DNA from: an uncultured Methylomirabilota bacterium
Lineage (GTDB): Bacteria > Methylomirabilota > Methylomirabilia > Methylomirabilales > 2-02-FULL-66-22
Direction of reading: 5' to 3'
Assembly: GCA_963705305.1 (NCBI GenBank)
Contig: OY970067.1
Coordinates: 4,064,001 to 4,128,000 of the forward strand
Length of the DNA stretch: 64,000 bases
This document shows positions 9,747 through 19,563 of this stretch, in pieces. The notes below the pieces were generated by a model, which did no database searches, was not told where the DNA came from, and worked only from the letters and a program-made list of their open reading frames with translations. The first letter of the stretch is position 1. Each line of letters opens with the position of its first letter. Made by a program: the position numbers and the translations under genes.

Positions 9747-9892
9747 GGGCCCTCCATTCCGCTGGCTAAATTCAGGGAATAATACCACAGCTTGCGGTCG
9801 GTCGGTACCCGCACGACATTGTGAGGAGCATCAACATCCACCATGGCAGGAGGATCGCCAGCACGGTAGCGACAATCAGGACGGCCCAATCC

Positions 9893-10693
9893 TCACCCCT
9901 CAGTTTCGCGTCCATCTTCCTTTCCCTTCCCGGACTTCAGCAGGGCACTCCAGGCCTTTTGTGCCATAGACAATGTGGGCACCCTTCCCCATCGTCGCCA
10001 TCGGGGCGGCAGGCGATCTCGGTATTGGTACGTTTCCACGCGGAGGGCAGGCTGGAGAGCCGGGATGGCGCAGATACCACCGACATGGCAAACGCCCTGT
10101 GCTATCAATCGGATGATCGGCGCAATCTCGCGGATACCCCGGAGGAGGTGCCGAGGGTGCGCCGAGGTGTGGAACAAGATCCACCGATCCAGGAGACCAC
10201 ATTCCGCCACTGCAGCGGCTAGCGCTAGGAAGTAGCCCCGCGGGTTTACCAGGGAGATTACGCGGGGGATATGGAGACTCTTGATGCGCCGGACTCCCCG
10301 TACCAGGGCCTCATTCAGTTCTTCGAGGGCAGTCCACCGGCCGGATCGGGTCGGACGGAACCAGCGCCATGACGGGGCGCCCCAGTCCTCCCCGTCCGGA
10401 TTCCTGGCCCGATCCATCTCGGTCTCCAGGACGATGGCCCCCCGCGGATCGTCCGGGGCGGTCTCCAGGATAGAGCTGTCTACCGCCGCCAAGGCCACGC
10501 GCCCTGCAAGGCGAAGATCCCGGAGCTGCGCATCCGCCTCCCGCCAGGTGTTCCAGCCGGACTTCCGGTACGCCTCCGCCCTGAAGTAGTTCCCCACGCA
10601 GGCGGCGGCGTTGCACGGGAGGATCAGGAGAACCTCCGCGTGCGCCAGCGACCGCAGCTGGACCCATGACTCCTCTCCCTTGATGCGCCTCAT
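9893..10693 (-). CDS. Hypothetical protein translationally coupled to the peptidase
   Basis: 266 aa ORF with an ATGA overlap at 10690-10693 and a GGAGG RBS. Confidence 0.65.
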   Translation of the reverse strand: MRRIKGEESWVQLRSLAHAEVLLILPCNAAACVGNYFRAEAYRKSGWNTWREADAQLRDLRLAGRVALAAVDSSILETAPDDPRGAIVLETEMDRARNPDGEDWGAPSWRWFRPTRSGRWTALEELNEALVRGVRRIKSLHIPRVISLVNPRGYFLALAAAVAECGLLDRWILFHTSAHPRHLLRGIREIAPIIRLIAQGVCHVGGICAIPALQPALRVETYQYRDRLPPRWRRWGRVPTLSMAQKAWSALLKSGKGKEDGRETEG

Positions 10694-11682
10694 GGAGCCT
10701 CCCCCGGGTGGCCCCGTCGCCGTGGGCGGGGTTGGGCTTCGGAGGGAGACGCGTCTGGCCCTGCCGGCATATCGGCCAGGACCCCCTGCGCGGCGTCGAT
10801 CGTCGCCTGCGGGAGGCCGGCCATCGTGATGAGATCCTGCTCGGTGCCGTAGGCGATCAGGGCGAAGGCGAACCGGTCCAGGAGGGCCGCCTCCTCGGCA
10901 TCGGGGAGCCGCGTGGGGAGGCCGAGGGCCTCTGCCTCTTCCCAGTCGATGACGAAGCCGTGGGTGGGATAGCCGTGGACCAGGCGGTCCAGGAGCTTCG
11001 GGCCCGCATCGGCCCAGAGGGCCGGGCGGTACCGCTTGAGGAGGCGCTCGGCGTACTCGCCCCCGGTCTCCATTCCCCGGGCGCTCTCGGCGAGGTGGGC
11101 GGGGTCGAGCCGGGCGTAGAGCGGGCCGTAGAGGCCGGCCGTCAGTTCCGCGGCCTTGCTGCAGGCGTCGCAGAGCCGCATCCCGCTCTTGCTGGAGATC
11201 CGGGCGACGAGGTCGTCGTACAGCCCGACGGCCCCGTGCTGGAGCTGCTGGAGGGCCTTGAAGGGGACCAGGCGCGAGGTGGTGAGGGGGCCGTCCGCCT
11301 CCTGCTTCTCGTCCCCCTGCTGGTCCAGGGGGCCCAGCTCGCCCAGGCTCCCCAGGACGAGCTCGTCGGCGGCCAAACAGAGGAGGGTCGCCGCGCTCTT
11401 GGCCCGGAAGGGGACGAAGATGGTGAGCGCCTCGAACCGGCGCCGGAGCTCCCGGGCCACCAGGTAGGCGGCCTCGATGTCCCCGCCGGGACTGGCCACG
11501 AGCACGTCCAGGTGCGGGCCGGTCTCCTCCTCCAGGGCGGCGCGGATCGCCCGGACATCGGCATGGACCAGCCGCCGGCTGACGAACAGGAGGCAGGGAC
11601 GCTGGCGGTAGGCCCGGAGCTGCGCGCCCAGCTCGCGGATCTCCTGCTCGGCCTCGGCGGGAGTGGCTTTCGCAGTGACCAT
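10690..11682 (-). CDS. SDH-family ClpP/SppA-like serine peptidase, copy 1
   Basis: Motifs LDVLVASPGGDIEAA, VPFRAKSAATLLCLAADE, LGPLD and YPTHGFVI. AAGGAGGT RBS before MVTAK. Confidence 0.85.
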   Translation of the reverse strand: MVTAKATPAEAEQEIRELGAQLRAYRQRPCLLFVSRRLVHADVRAIRAALEEETGPHLDVLVASPGGDIEAAYLVARELRRRFEALTIFVPFRAKSAATLLCLAADELVLGSLGELGPLDQQGDEKQEADGPLTTSRLVPFKALQQLQHGAVGLYDDLVARISSKSGMRLCDACSKAAELTAGLYGPLYARLDPAHLAESARGMETGGEYAERLLKRYRPALWADAGPKLLDRLVHGYPTHGFVIDWEEAEALGLPTRLPDAEEAALLDRFAFALIAYGTEQDLITMAGLPQATIDAAQGVLADMPAGPDASPSEAQPRPRRRGHPGEAP

Positions 11683-11769
11683 GGACAACCTCCTTGGAAG
11701 TTGGAACCCGGCCTTTGGGGGGCCGGCCGTCAGTCGGTAGCCATTGGCCTCAAGAAGTCCACGGCCCTT

Positions 11770-11922
11770 TAGCAGGCGGCTCAAAAAGGTCCGGATGCAA
11801 GGCTGCGTCACCCATCCTTCCGGATGGGTACCCGGCGCGGTGCGAGGCGTACTTCGCTCGTACGTCGCAGTGCCGCGCGAGCGCGCTAACGACGCAGATG
11901 GGCCTTTTTCAGCAGCCTGCTA
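11770..11922. mobile_element. MITE-like miniature inverted-repeat element (~150 bp)
   Basis: Terminal IRs TAGCAGGCGGCTCAAAAAGGTCC / GGCCTTTTTCAGCAGCCTGCTA, with internal hairpins (ACCCATCC...GGATGGGT). Confidence 0.7.
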
Positions 11923-12099
11923 GGCCAGGCCGACCCTGACGGGGATGACCAAGTACTGGTCCCCCCACTCCTCGGCATCGGGCTGCACGAAGGCCTCGGC
12001 CTCGGCTCGCTCGGCGAACAGGACCGGCATCCCCTCGTGCTCCAGCCGGGCCGGCCTGTCGCAGGGCGATGTCCACTTCCACAGTTCGTACATCTGCAT
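11920..12099 (-). CDS. Small hypothetical protein (59 aa), copy 1
   Basis: MQMYELWKW...PVRVGLA with a strong GGAGGAG RBS. First gene after box 3. Confidence 0.6.
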   Translation of the reverse strand: MQMYELWKWTSPCDRPARLEHEGMPVLFAERAEAEAFVQPDAEEWGDQYLVIPVRVGLA

Positions 12100-12145
12100 G
12101 GGCCCCTCTCCTCCTCCGCATCGCCGGTCGGCTCTGTGCAGCCGG

Positions 12146-12179
12146 ATTCTACGAGGGGCCTGTGGCATCTACGGTCACA
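12146..12179 (-). promoter_or_regulatory. Conserved palindromic box + -10 (copy 3)
   Basis: Minus strand: TGTGAC-CGTAGAT-GCCACA-N9-TAGAAT. Confidence 0.7.
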
Positions 12180-12556
12180 GAATCATCCGTCGACCGACTT
12201 GAGCCAAGCGAGGTGAATCCCTGAGTAGTTGAATGAACCAACGCGATCGATCCCCACCGCCCGGACGATATGGCCCATCCGCATTGCCAATCCGAAAGCT
12301 GGGGCCGTCTTCCTTGTCGGCCGACTTTTCACAAGGGCACAATCATTGCCACTCATCAGGGGTTTTTGAGGGATTCTACAGCGTGGTTAGGAGGTGGGAA
12401 GGCGCGAAGAAGTGAGCGCGGCTGAAGCCCGGAGGGCACATTTGGGCCGCGCTCTGATGTGGTGCCCAGTTGGAGGCCCGCGCACCTACCGGTCCAATGC
12501 GGTCGCAACAACGTAAACGACATACCCCCCCGGGGGGGTGCGTAATCTGTGCCCGG

Positions 12557-13831
12557 CTAGCGCGGGACATTTGTGGGCAAGATGATGTCGGGGTGCCGGT
12601 TGGTGGGCTCTTTCCAAATGGCGTCCTTGCACCGATCGGTCGGGAGGGCTTTCCAATCGTCGATGCTGGGCTGGTAGTTCTGACGTGGGTCGGGCCGCAT
12701 GTAGATGGTGCAAAGTCTAGGCGGCTCGGCGACGCTGTACACGGTGTATTGGTAGTAACCCGGTGCTGGGGTGTAGGAATACCCTGGGTGTGTGGGGACG
12801 GCTGTTCGGTCGATCTGCTGTTGGAGGACGTGTTGGCATTGCATCCAGGCTGGGCTACCGACTGCCCCGTTTCGTTCACAGCGGACTTGGATGTTGCCGG
12901 CCGGTGCGCCGGTGTTTCCCGCCTCGATCCCGCTCCCCATCCCGACGACAGCGCCGGGCTCGCCTCGGACACGCGGACATGGAGGAGGTGGGGAGCTGTA
13001 ATTGGGGTTGACATAGACGGGGGCGTAGACGCCCGGGTCACCCAACTGAATGGGGATCAAGCCCGGAACTGGTATACAGGAGTAGGGCGGGAGGGGTTGA
13101 GACGCCGGCGCAGGTTGCAGGACCGAGGTGGCCGGGGTGGGCTGAGACCCCACAGTTTGGACACCCGTGATCAGATGAGAACGGTCCAGAGACTTGATCA
13201 AGCGCGCGTAGGTTGACCGGTGATCTTGGGAATACGCGTTGGCATCGGCATAGCCGCGCAGTTTCCCCACGGAATCCGACGACAAATTGATGGAGCCCAT
13301 TTCGAGGGTGCCCGGAGGGGCCGGGTGGGGGTGCGCTTCTACCCTGATGATCAGGAACATGGAGCCGATGTCGGGCGAGGGCGGGCCTACGGCGGTGTCC
13401 CCAAATTTGCCCTGAGGAAATTTGGGGGCGAGCACTGCGTGAACGGAGACATGCGTGACCTGCGGGTGCCTCATAACAATTGGATATACGGAATTAGCGA
13501 GAGCTTCCGACAGGGCAGTGGGGTCGGCGGCTGGATTAAGAAATGCCGTGAGGTAGAGATCCGCGGGGTGGGTGAAAGAGAGGGAGTCCTCCATTTGCCG
13601 GATCATCTCGTCGAACTGCTGTGTGAGAGCGGGGTGCTCAGGGGAGGGTGCGGCTGCCGAGGCGGCCGGTGGACCCTCGCGGGTTTGCCGTTGGCGTTCG
13701 CATTCCAGGCGAGAGAGCGACCCCGCCTCGAACTCTTGGCACGATGGCAGCTCACCGGCGTACGCGATGCTGGACCACAGCAAGAGCAGTCCGATGAATA
13801 CGGTGAGTCTCCTCATGACCGTTCCCTTCAT
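12557..13831 (-). CDS. Secreted Pro/Cys-containing hypothetical protein
   Basis: Signal-peptide-like MRRLTVFIGLLLLWSSIAYA and paired cysteines. Confidence 0.65.
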   Translation of the reverse strand: MKGTVMRRLTVFIGLLLLWSSIAYAGELPSCQEFEAGSLSRLECERQRQTREGPPAASAAAPSPEHPALTQQFDEMIRQMEDSLSFTHPADLYLTAFLNPAADPTALSEALANSVYPIVMRHPQVTHVSVHAVLAPKFPQGKFGDTAVGPPSPDIGSMFLIIRVEAHPHPAPPGTLEMGSINLSSDSVGKLRGYADANAYSQDHRSTYARLIKSLDRSHLITGVQTVGSQPTPATSVLQPAPASQPLPPYSCIPVPGLIPIQLGDPGVYAPVYVNPNYSSPPPPCPRVRGEPGAVVGMGSGIEAGNTGAPAGNIQVRCERNGAVGSPAWMQCQHVLQQQIDRTAVPTHPGYSYTPAPGYYQYTVYSVAEPPRLCTIYMRPDPRQNYQPSIDDWKALPTDRCKDAIWKEPTNRHPDIILPTNVPR

Positions 13832-13944
13832 GTGCTACGTGAGTTGGTGGCTGACTCACGGCTGGTCCGGATGTCCGAGGAGATAGCTGGACGCTGTGTG
13901 GTATCTAACTTACGGCTTTGGGGCTGTCAAGGGGAGACGGATTA

Positions 13945-15471
13945 TCCTAATCTCCGACTAAGCCGGGGCCAGTCGGGCGATCTTGCGTCGGACCCGGTGG
14001 AGTAAGGCATGCTGCAGGGCGGCCGAGAGCCGCAAGAGGGTCTGCCGGGCATGCGCGACGACCTTCCCGACGGTGTTGAACAGCAGGAACCGGAGTCGCT
14101 TCGGCCGGGCGGTCCGGAGATCTCCGGGTAAGGTCAAGCGCTTCAGGGCGGTGAGCAAGTTGTACGTCAGCACATTGAGGCGGAACCACGCGGCGTTCGC
14201 CCCGAACTTCCCGCTGGGCAGGGCGGCGGCCGCCAGCTCGTTCTTGAGGACGTGATGGGTATGTTCGACGGTCCCCGCTTTCTCCCGGTGCCACTGGAGG
14301 ATCGTGAGGCCCTCCTCGGTCCGATTGGTGACCACGGCGAAGTAGTGGACGCTGCTCCCATCCGCGAAGAGGTGCCCCTGGCGCGGCTGGATCCGCACCG
14401 CGAGGTAGCGGCGCACGCACGGCCGAGCCTTCCGGTGATCCCCATCCTCGGGGACGTAGGGGACCTCGGCCCAGGCGCGGACGGCCTCGGGTTCCTCGCG
14501 CTCGAGCTGCCAGGCGGCCTCGGGGAGGCGGACGATCTCGGCCTGGAGTTGCTCCGAGAGATCGGCGCTGATGGCGTACGCGATCGGGGGGGCCGCGTCC
14601 TCGCACCAGCGGAGGACCTCGGTCTCGTAGAGCGCCCTGTCGGCGCGGAGGCGGATCCGCGGGATCCCCTGGGGCAGATTGGCCACGGCCTGTTCGAGAA
14701 CGCGCACGTTGCCACACCCGGCGGGCACCTGGCCATCGCGGAACTGATCGTGCAGGATCAGGTCCTGCTCGGCCCAGAGGACGACGACCGGCTGGGACGC
14801 CGCGGGTCCCATCGTAGGCGACGGTGGCCGTGTCCTTATGGCTCTCGACGAGCGTGGCGTCCACATCCAGGGTAGCCGTCGTCTCGCGGGCCCCGCGCTG
14901 GACGCCCGCGACCAGCGTCCGGTTCGCCTGGCCCAGCCCCGCGAGGGCGCTGGACTCCAGCGGGATCGCCGCGTGGGGCCCGGCCTGCCACAGGGGGCCG
15001 TTCTCCACGTGGAACGCCTCGAGGAAGTCCCGCACGGTGGTCGCCGCGGGCAGGGGGTACCCGAGCAGGGTCGCCAAGGCCTGATCCTCGCGCAGCGTCG
15101 TGAGGTCCTGGCAGCGGTCCCCGCCGCTCGTCCACAACGCGACGAGGCTCTCGACGAGCTGCAACGGCTGCAGCCCGCGCTGGCGCTGTTTGACTGGGAC
15201 GTGGGTATCGACCGCCTGGGCCACCCCGAGCTGGCGGAACAGCTCGATCACGAGCGGCACTCCGGCCCGCCCGGTGACCAGCGTGGGGTCAATGGCATCA
15301 TCGATCTCGAACGGCAACCGCGAGTTCTCGGCCGGCATCGTCGTCCTCCCTGTGAGCGCTGCACCCACTGGGTGAAGACAAGCAAACCCGATGCCATCAA
15401 CGACAACCGCGTACACGGCGGGTTCTCGTAGAATCCGCTTGACTGCTCAACTTCTTAACCGGAGAAGAGGG
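13945..15471 (-). mobile_element. IS1380-family insertion sequence
   Basis: Imperfect terminal IRs (CCTAATCTCCGACTAAG / CTTAACCGGAGAAGAGG) flanked by a GATTA direct repeat (13940-13944 and 15472-15476). Confidence 0.75.
13958..15338 (-). pseudogene. IS1380-family DDE transposase, frameshifted near 14800
   Basis: N-half (TGRAGVPLV, TLDVDAT) and C-half (LRADRA, WHREKAGTVE...LKNEL, FGANAAWF) lie in different frames. Confidence 0.85.
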
Positions 15472-15738
15472 GATTACATCGGATTACATCATGCAAGACT
15501 ATGACTTCGACCAGTAGGGGGGATGCGGCGCTGAACCCGAGATCAATCTCGGATCACATCTTTCCTATTCATGCCGTGGCCAGGCTCTATTTCAAGGGCC
15601 ATCTAGAGGGTGGTGAGCCAATCACGCGAGCAGGGCGCTGTCATCGCGATGGTGACAGCCACAACAGCGTGCGTAGTTGATGCAGGTGCAACCGTCGCGG
15701 AGGCAGCTATCCGCGAACTCCGCGTTCGCGGGTTATCG

Positions 15739-16404
15739 TCAAAGCGCTTTCTGCTCTTTCGGTGTCGGGCGCACGAGGCGCGCCGTGCACACATGCCTTC
15801 CTTTGTGGTAGACCTCAACCTGCTTGGGGAAAGTCGCGTTGAAGTGCACCTCGACGATAGCCCGCTTTCGCGCGAGCTCGAGCAGCGCATCGTCCCAATA
15901 CGAATAGGGCCCAAATGAGAAGCCTGCAGCCGAGGCGAGCCGCCTTTCGAGCTGGATCGGCGTGGGCGAAAGGACGGGCGCCAACTCCGTGATCACCCGC
16001 CCGATCCGGTTCAAGGCCTGCCGGAGTTCATGCTGGTTCTCGGCGGCCTCCTCAAAGTCCGCAGATGCCGTTCCGCGCTGAACGTTCAGGTTGAAGAGAA
16101 CCGAGGGATCGAGTTGCTGCCCCCTCTCGTGGCGAACGCGCTCGCGGGCAGTAACCCGCGCGCCGGCGCGCGGCACCGGAACAAATGGAGCGAGCGCCGT
16201 CACTGCCTGCGCAACGCGGTTCATGCAGTCCCTGAGAGCATACTGATTTTCGGCAGTCTCTCGAAATTCGGTGCTGGACGTTCCTCGAGAAATCGTCAGG
16301 GCGAAGATCACCGGAGGGGAAATCGTTTGCGCCATGTCTGCGCGCATGCGCTCGCGGGCACTCTTCCTCTTGGGGGGCTGCTCGTCGTTGGTTTGCATAA
16401 GCAT
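15739..16404 (-). CDS. Hypothetical protein with an internal tandem duplication
   Basis: Two ~48-aa units (PPVIFALTISRGT...AENQYALR / PSVLFNLNVQRGT...AENQHELR). Confidence 0.65.
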   Translation of the reverse strand: MLMQTNDEQPPKRKSARERMRADMAQTISPPVIFALTISRGTSSTEFRETAENQYALRDCMNRVAQAVTALAPFVPVPRAGARVTARERVRHERGQQLDPSVLFNLNVQRGTASADFEEAAENQHELRQALNRIGRVITELAPVLSPTPIQLERRLASAAGFSFGPYSYWDDALLELARKRAIVEVHFNATFPKQVEVYHKGRHVCTARLVRPTPKEQKAL

Positions 16405-16690
16405 TCCTCATGGTTGGGCCGAGGCTCGGGTTCGGACTGATGCCTCGTCTGCACGGGAGCCCAGGAGCACCTCGATCAAGGCCAAGATGCGAGGGCGACA
16501 TCGAACCCTAGCCTCCGATTGTCAGGAGCCGAATGCCGCGAGTCTCTCCTGCCGGGGCTCATCGGCCTCGCGCACCGTACCACCGGCCGCCCGTTCGCGT
16601 CAACCCACCTTGCCATTCTTTCCCGCCCCCTCTCGGCTTGACTTTGTCCTCGTCGGTGGTAGTGTTGCCCGCACCCAGGGGTGGGCCGAG

Positions 16691-17461
16691 GTGCTCGAGC
16701 GGACGTTCATTCACATTCCAGGAATCGGCAGGGCGACGGAGCAGGCCCTCTGGCGGCAGGGAGTGACGAGCTGGAGGGATGCCGAGGCGCTGGAGTCCGG
16801 GGCGCCGGGCGTCCGGCCTCGGGCCTTGGCGCTGCTCCGCAGGCATCTCCCGGACTCTCGGCGTGCGCTCGAAACCAAGGATGCCGGCTTCTTCGTGCGC
16901 CTCTGCCAGCTCGGGGAGGCATGGCGAGTCTTCAGCCGGTTCGCGGCCGACTGTGTCTACCTCGACATCGAGACCACCGGCCTCTCGCCCGGCGACGATG
17001 ACCTCACGCTCGTGGGCGTCTACGACGGCGTGGCGTACCAGCCGTTCCTCGCCGGCGACAACCTGCCGGCGCTGCCGGCGTACCTGCAGCGGTTCCGGCT
17101 GATGTGCACCTTCAACGGCGCCGGCTTCGACCTCCGGTTCCTCCGGACCGCCTTTCCCGGCCTCGCCCTCCCGCCGATCCACATCGACCTGCGGCCGACG
17201 ACGCGGAAGCTCGGGCTGACCGGCGGGCTGAAGCCGATCGAGGCCGCGCTCGGCCTCGTGCGCGAGGCCGCCATCCGCGACCTCTCCGGCTACGATGCCG
17301 TCCTCCTCTGGCACCGGCACCTCCGCGGCGATCGCCGGGCGCTGGACCTCCTGATCGAGTACAACCGGGCGGACGTTCTCCACCTGAAGACGATCCTGGA
17401 GACGTGCTACGATCGGCTCGCTGCAGAGGCAGTTCATGCGTGGCCAACGCCCTCTCCCTAG
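16691..17461 (+). CDS. YprB-like RNase H-fold (DEDD) exonuclease
   Basis: GTG start; TFIHIPGIG (HhH), YLDIETTGL, TFNGAGFDL, HIDLR and YNRADV. Confidence 0.85.
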   Translation: MLERTFIHIPGIGRATEQALWRQGVTSWRDAEALESGAPGVRPRALALLRRHLPDSRRALETKDAGFFVRLCQLGEAWRVFSRFAADCVYLDIETTGLSPGDDDLTLVGVYDGVAYQPFLAGDNLPALPAYLQRFRLMCTFNGAGFDLRFLRTAFPGLALPPIHIDLRPTTRKLGLTGGLKPIEAALGLVREAAIRDLSGYDAVLLWHRHLRGDRRALDLLIEYNRADVLHLKTILETCYDRLAAEAVHAWPTPSP

Positions 17462-17522
17462 GCCGAACGCTCGTTCGAAGCGCGCGTGTCATCGTTCCTT
17501 TCTGTTTCATCAGATTTGATAC

Positions 17523-17614
17523 TTTCAGCGTATGCTGAAAATAGCTTGAATAATGAAAAGACATTGACGCAGCTTGTATTTCATCGTACAATGCCATTTC
17601 AGCAATCGCTGAAA
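17523..17614 (+). promoter_or_regulatory. Sigma70 promoter flanked by two TTTCAGC-N4-GCTGAAA palindromes
   Basis: TTGACG (17564) - 17 bp - TACAAT (17587). Palindromes at 17523-17540 and 17597-17614. Confidence 0.8.
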
Positions 17615-17626
17615 GTTGTGATCAAG

Positions 17627-18688
17627 ATGAAAATAAAAGAAAAAGAACTCCTCGTTCAGGTGGAGACAGCAGCACGGAACTGTCTCGAGGCGGCGCCTTT
17701 TCTTTCAGTAAAACGCGTGCAAAAGGCTACGGATGCAAAAGAGGAGGCCCGCCCCGATCTTCTGATTAAAGCCCAAACACCGGACGGCGAGCAGACGATT
17801 GTGGTGGAGGCCAAGAGCAGCGGTCAGCCCAGGGCGGTGCGTGAGGCGGTGAATCAACTGCTTCGGTACCGGTCCACCTGGCCCAATGCGTACGGCGTAG
17901 TGGCTGCCCCATTTATCTCGGCTCAATCCGCCGACATTTGCTGGAAAAACGGCGTCGGGTATATCGACTTGGCGGGTAATTGTCGCTTGGCGTTTCCCCG
18001 ATTCTACGTTGAACGGGAGGGTCGCCCCAATCCGGCTCCGCAGCGCCGCGATCTCCGGTCGCTCTATTCAGCGAAAACGACCCGCGTCCTGCGCGTGCTT
18101 CTCGTGAAACCCAAGAAGGCCTGGAAGTTGCAGCCGCTCGCACAGGAGGCGGGGGTGAGCCTCGGACAAGTCTTCAACGTGAAGAAGTTGCTGGCCGAGC
18201 GAGAATGGGTCCGGGCAGATGACGAGGGGCTACGGCTCGCGGAGCCCGGGCAACTGCTCGCCGAGTGGGCTCAGAACTACAACTTCCGTCGGAACGCGGC
18301 CCGGGACTTCTACTCGTTGGATTCCTTGCCGGAGATTGAGAGCAAGCTTGCAACCATCGGTCGCGACAAGAACATCCGATACGCATTCACCGGGTTCTCT
18401 GCCGCTGCCCGCCTGGCCCCGATGGTCCGCTACCAGCGGGCGACTGCCTACGTGGAGGGAGACCCGTCCGTCCTGGCGAAAGCCCTTGGCGCCAAGGAAG
18501 TGCCTTCGGGGGCGAACCTGACGCTGCTCTCCCCCTACGACGACGGAGTCTTCTACGGCGGCAACGAAGTCGGAGGGGCCCAGATCGTGTCCCCGGTCCA
18601 GGCGTACCTCGACCTCATGGGGTATCGCGGGCGCGGCGAAGAAGCCGCGACCTTCCTCCTCGAGCAGGTGATCCAGCCCCAATGGTAA
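17627..18688 (+). CDS. AbiEi-like type IV TA antitoxin/regulator
   Basis: N-terminal RPDLL...VVEAK, central wHTH (LAQEAGVSLGQV) and C-terminal YAFTGFSAA...VSPVQAYLDL...GRGEEAA. Confidence 0.7.
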   Translation: MKIKEKELLVQVETAARNCLEAAPFLSVKRVQKATDAKEEARPDLLIKAQTPDGEQTIVVEAKSSGQPRAVREAVNQLLRYRSTWPNAYGVVAAPFISAQSADICWKNGVGYIDLAGNCRLAFPRFYVEREGRPNPAPQRRDLRSLYSAKTTRVLRVLLVKPKKAWKLQPLAQEAGVSLGQVFNVKKLLAEREWVRADDEGLRLAEPGQLLAEWAQNYNFRRNAARDFYSLDSLPEIESKLATIGRDKNIRYAFTGFSAAARLAPMVRYQRATAYVEGDPSVLAKALGAKEVPSGANLTLLSPYDDGVFYGGNEVGGAQIVSPVQAYLDLMGYRGRGEEAATFLLEQVIQPQW

Positions 18689-19509
18689 ACACGAGAGCGG
18701 ACTACCCGGCAGACGAAGTGGCGGCAGCGCGGTCGGTGATGCTGGAACTGGTCCGTATCCTCGGCGAGTACCGGGATGATCTGGTGATCATCGGAGGATG
18801 GGTGCCGGAACTCCTCCTATCCTCCGGATCCGCGAGACACATCGGCAGCATTGACGTGGATGTGGCGCTGAATCACCGTCGGGTGACCGAGGCCGCGTAC
18901 CGGACAATCCGTGAGCACCTCCTGGCACACGGGTACGAGCCGGGAAAGCAACCGTTCATCTTCTTCAGGACGGTCACGGCTCGCGAGCGAACGATCACGG
19001 TGCAGGTCGACTTCCTGGCGGGCGAATACGGCGGCGCGAGCAAGACGCACCGGACGCAACCGGTGCAGGACCTCGCCGCCCGGAAGGCTCGCGGCTGCGA
19101 CCTCGCGATCGACATCAACACGCGGGTCAAGATCGACGGAACCCTTCCGGAGGGCGGGCTCGATTCGGCGGAGGTCCGGGTGGCGGGCATCGTTCCGTTT
19201 CTCGTGATGAAAGGGATGGCCCTCCACGATCGCCTGAAGCCCAAGGACGCCTGGGACATCTATTTTTGCCTGCTCCATTATCCCGGAGGCCTCAAGGCCC
19301 TCATCCAGGAATTCCGCCCGCACCTCGAGCATGGCTTGGTCCGGGAGGGGCTGCAGAAGATTCGCGACAAGTTCGGTTCGCCGGACCATGTTGGGCCAAA
19401 GTCCGTCGCTGATTTCGAGGAAGTGACAGATCCGGAGGCGCGACAAGTTATACAACGCGATGCGTTCGAGAGAGTGATCGCCCTGCTCGAAAATCTACGA
19501 ATAGCCTGA
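18682..19509 (+). CDS. Nucleotidyltransferase-fold toxin (AbiEii-like)
   Basis: IIGGWVP, GSIDVDV, MKGMAL...RLKPKDAWDIY. Overlaps the upstream gene. Confidence 0.7.
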   Translation: MVNTRADYPADEVAAARSVMLELVRILGEYRDDLVIIGGWVPELLLSSGSARHIGSIDVDVALNHRRVTEAAYRTIREHLLAHGYEPGKQPFIFFRTVTARERTITVQVDFLAGEYGGASKTHRTQPVQDLAARKARGCDLAIDINTRVKIDGTLPEGGLDSAEVRVAGIVPFLVMKGMALHDRLKPKDAWDIYFCLLHYPGGLKALIQEFRPHLEHGLVREGLQKIRDKFGSPDHVGPKSVADFEEVTDPEARQVIQRDAFERVIALLENLRIA

Positions 19510-19563
19510 GCGAGTGACGCTCCTAGCTGATCGAAAGTTTCTTGTGGTGATCCGGGGAATGAT

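Larger units (their letters stand above)
10776..12184. repeat. Left arm of a 1409-bp inverted duplication (partner 26256-27664)
   Basis: Reverse-complement match with equal length between breakpoints. The ORF translations are identical except one Pro/Ser change upstream of the peptidase start. Confidence 0.95.

Noticed and set aside
12521..12542. CATAC7G7TG palindrome resembling a CsoR/RcnR operator
   Set aside because: No adjacent gene start or metal-related gene; it could be a simple hairpin downstream of 12557.
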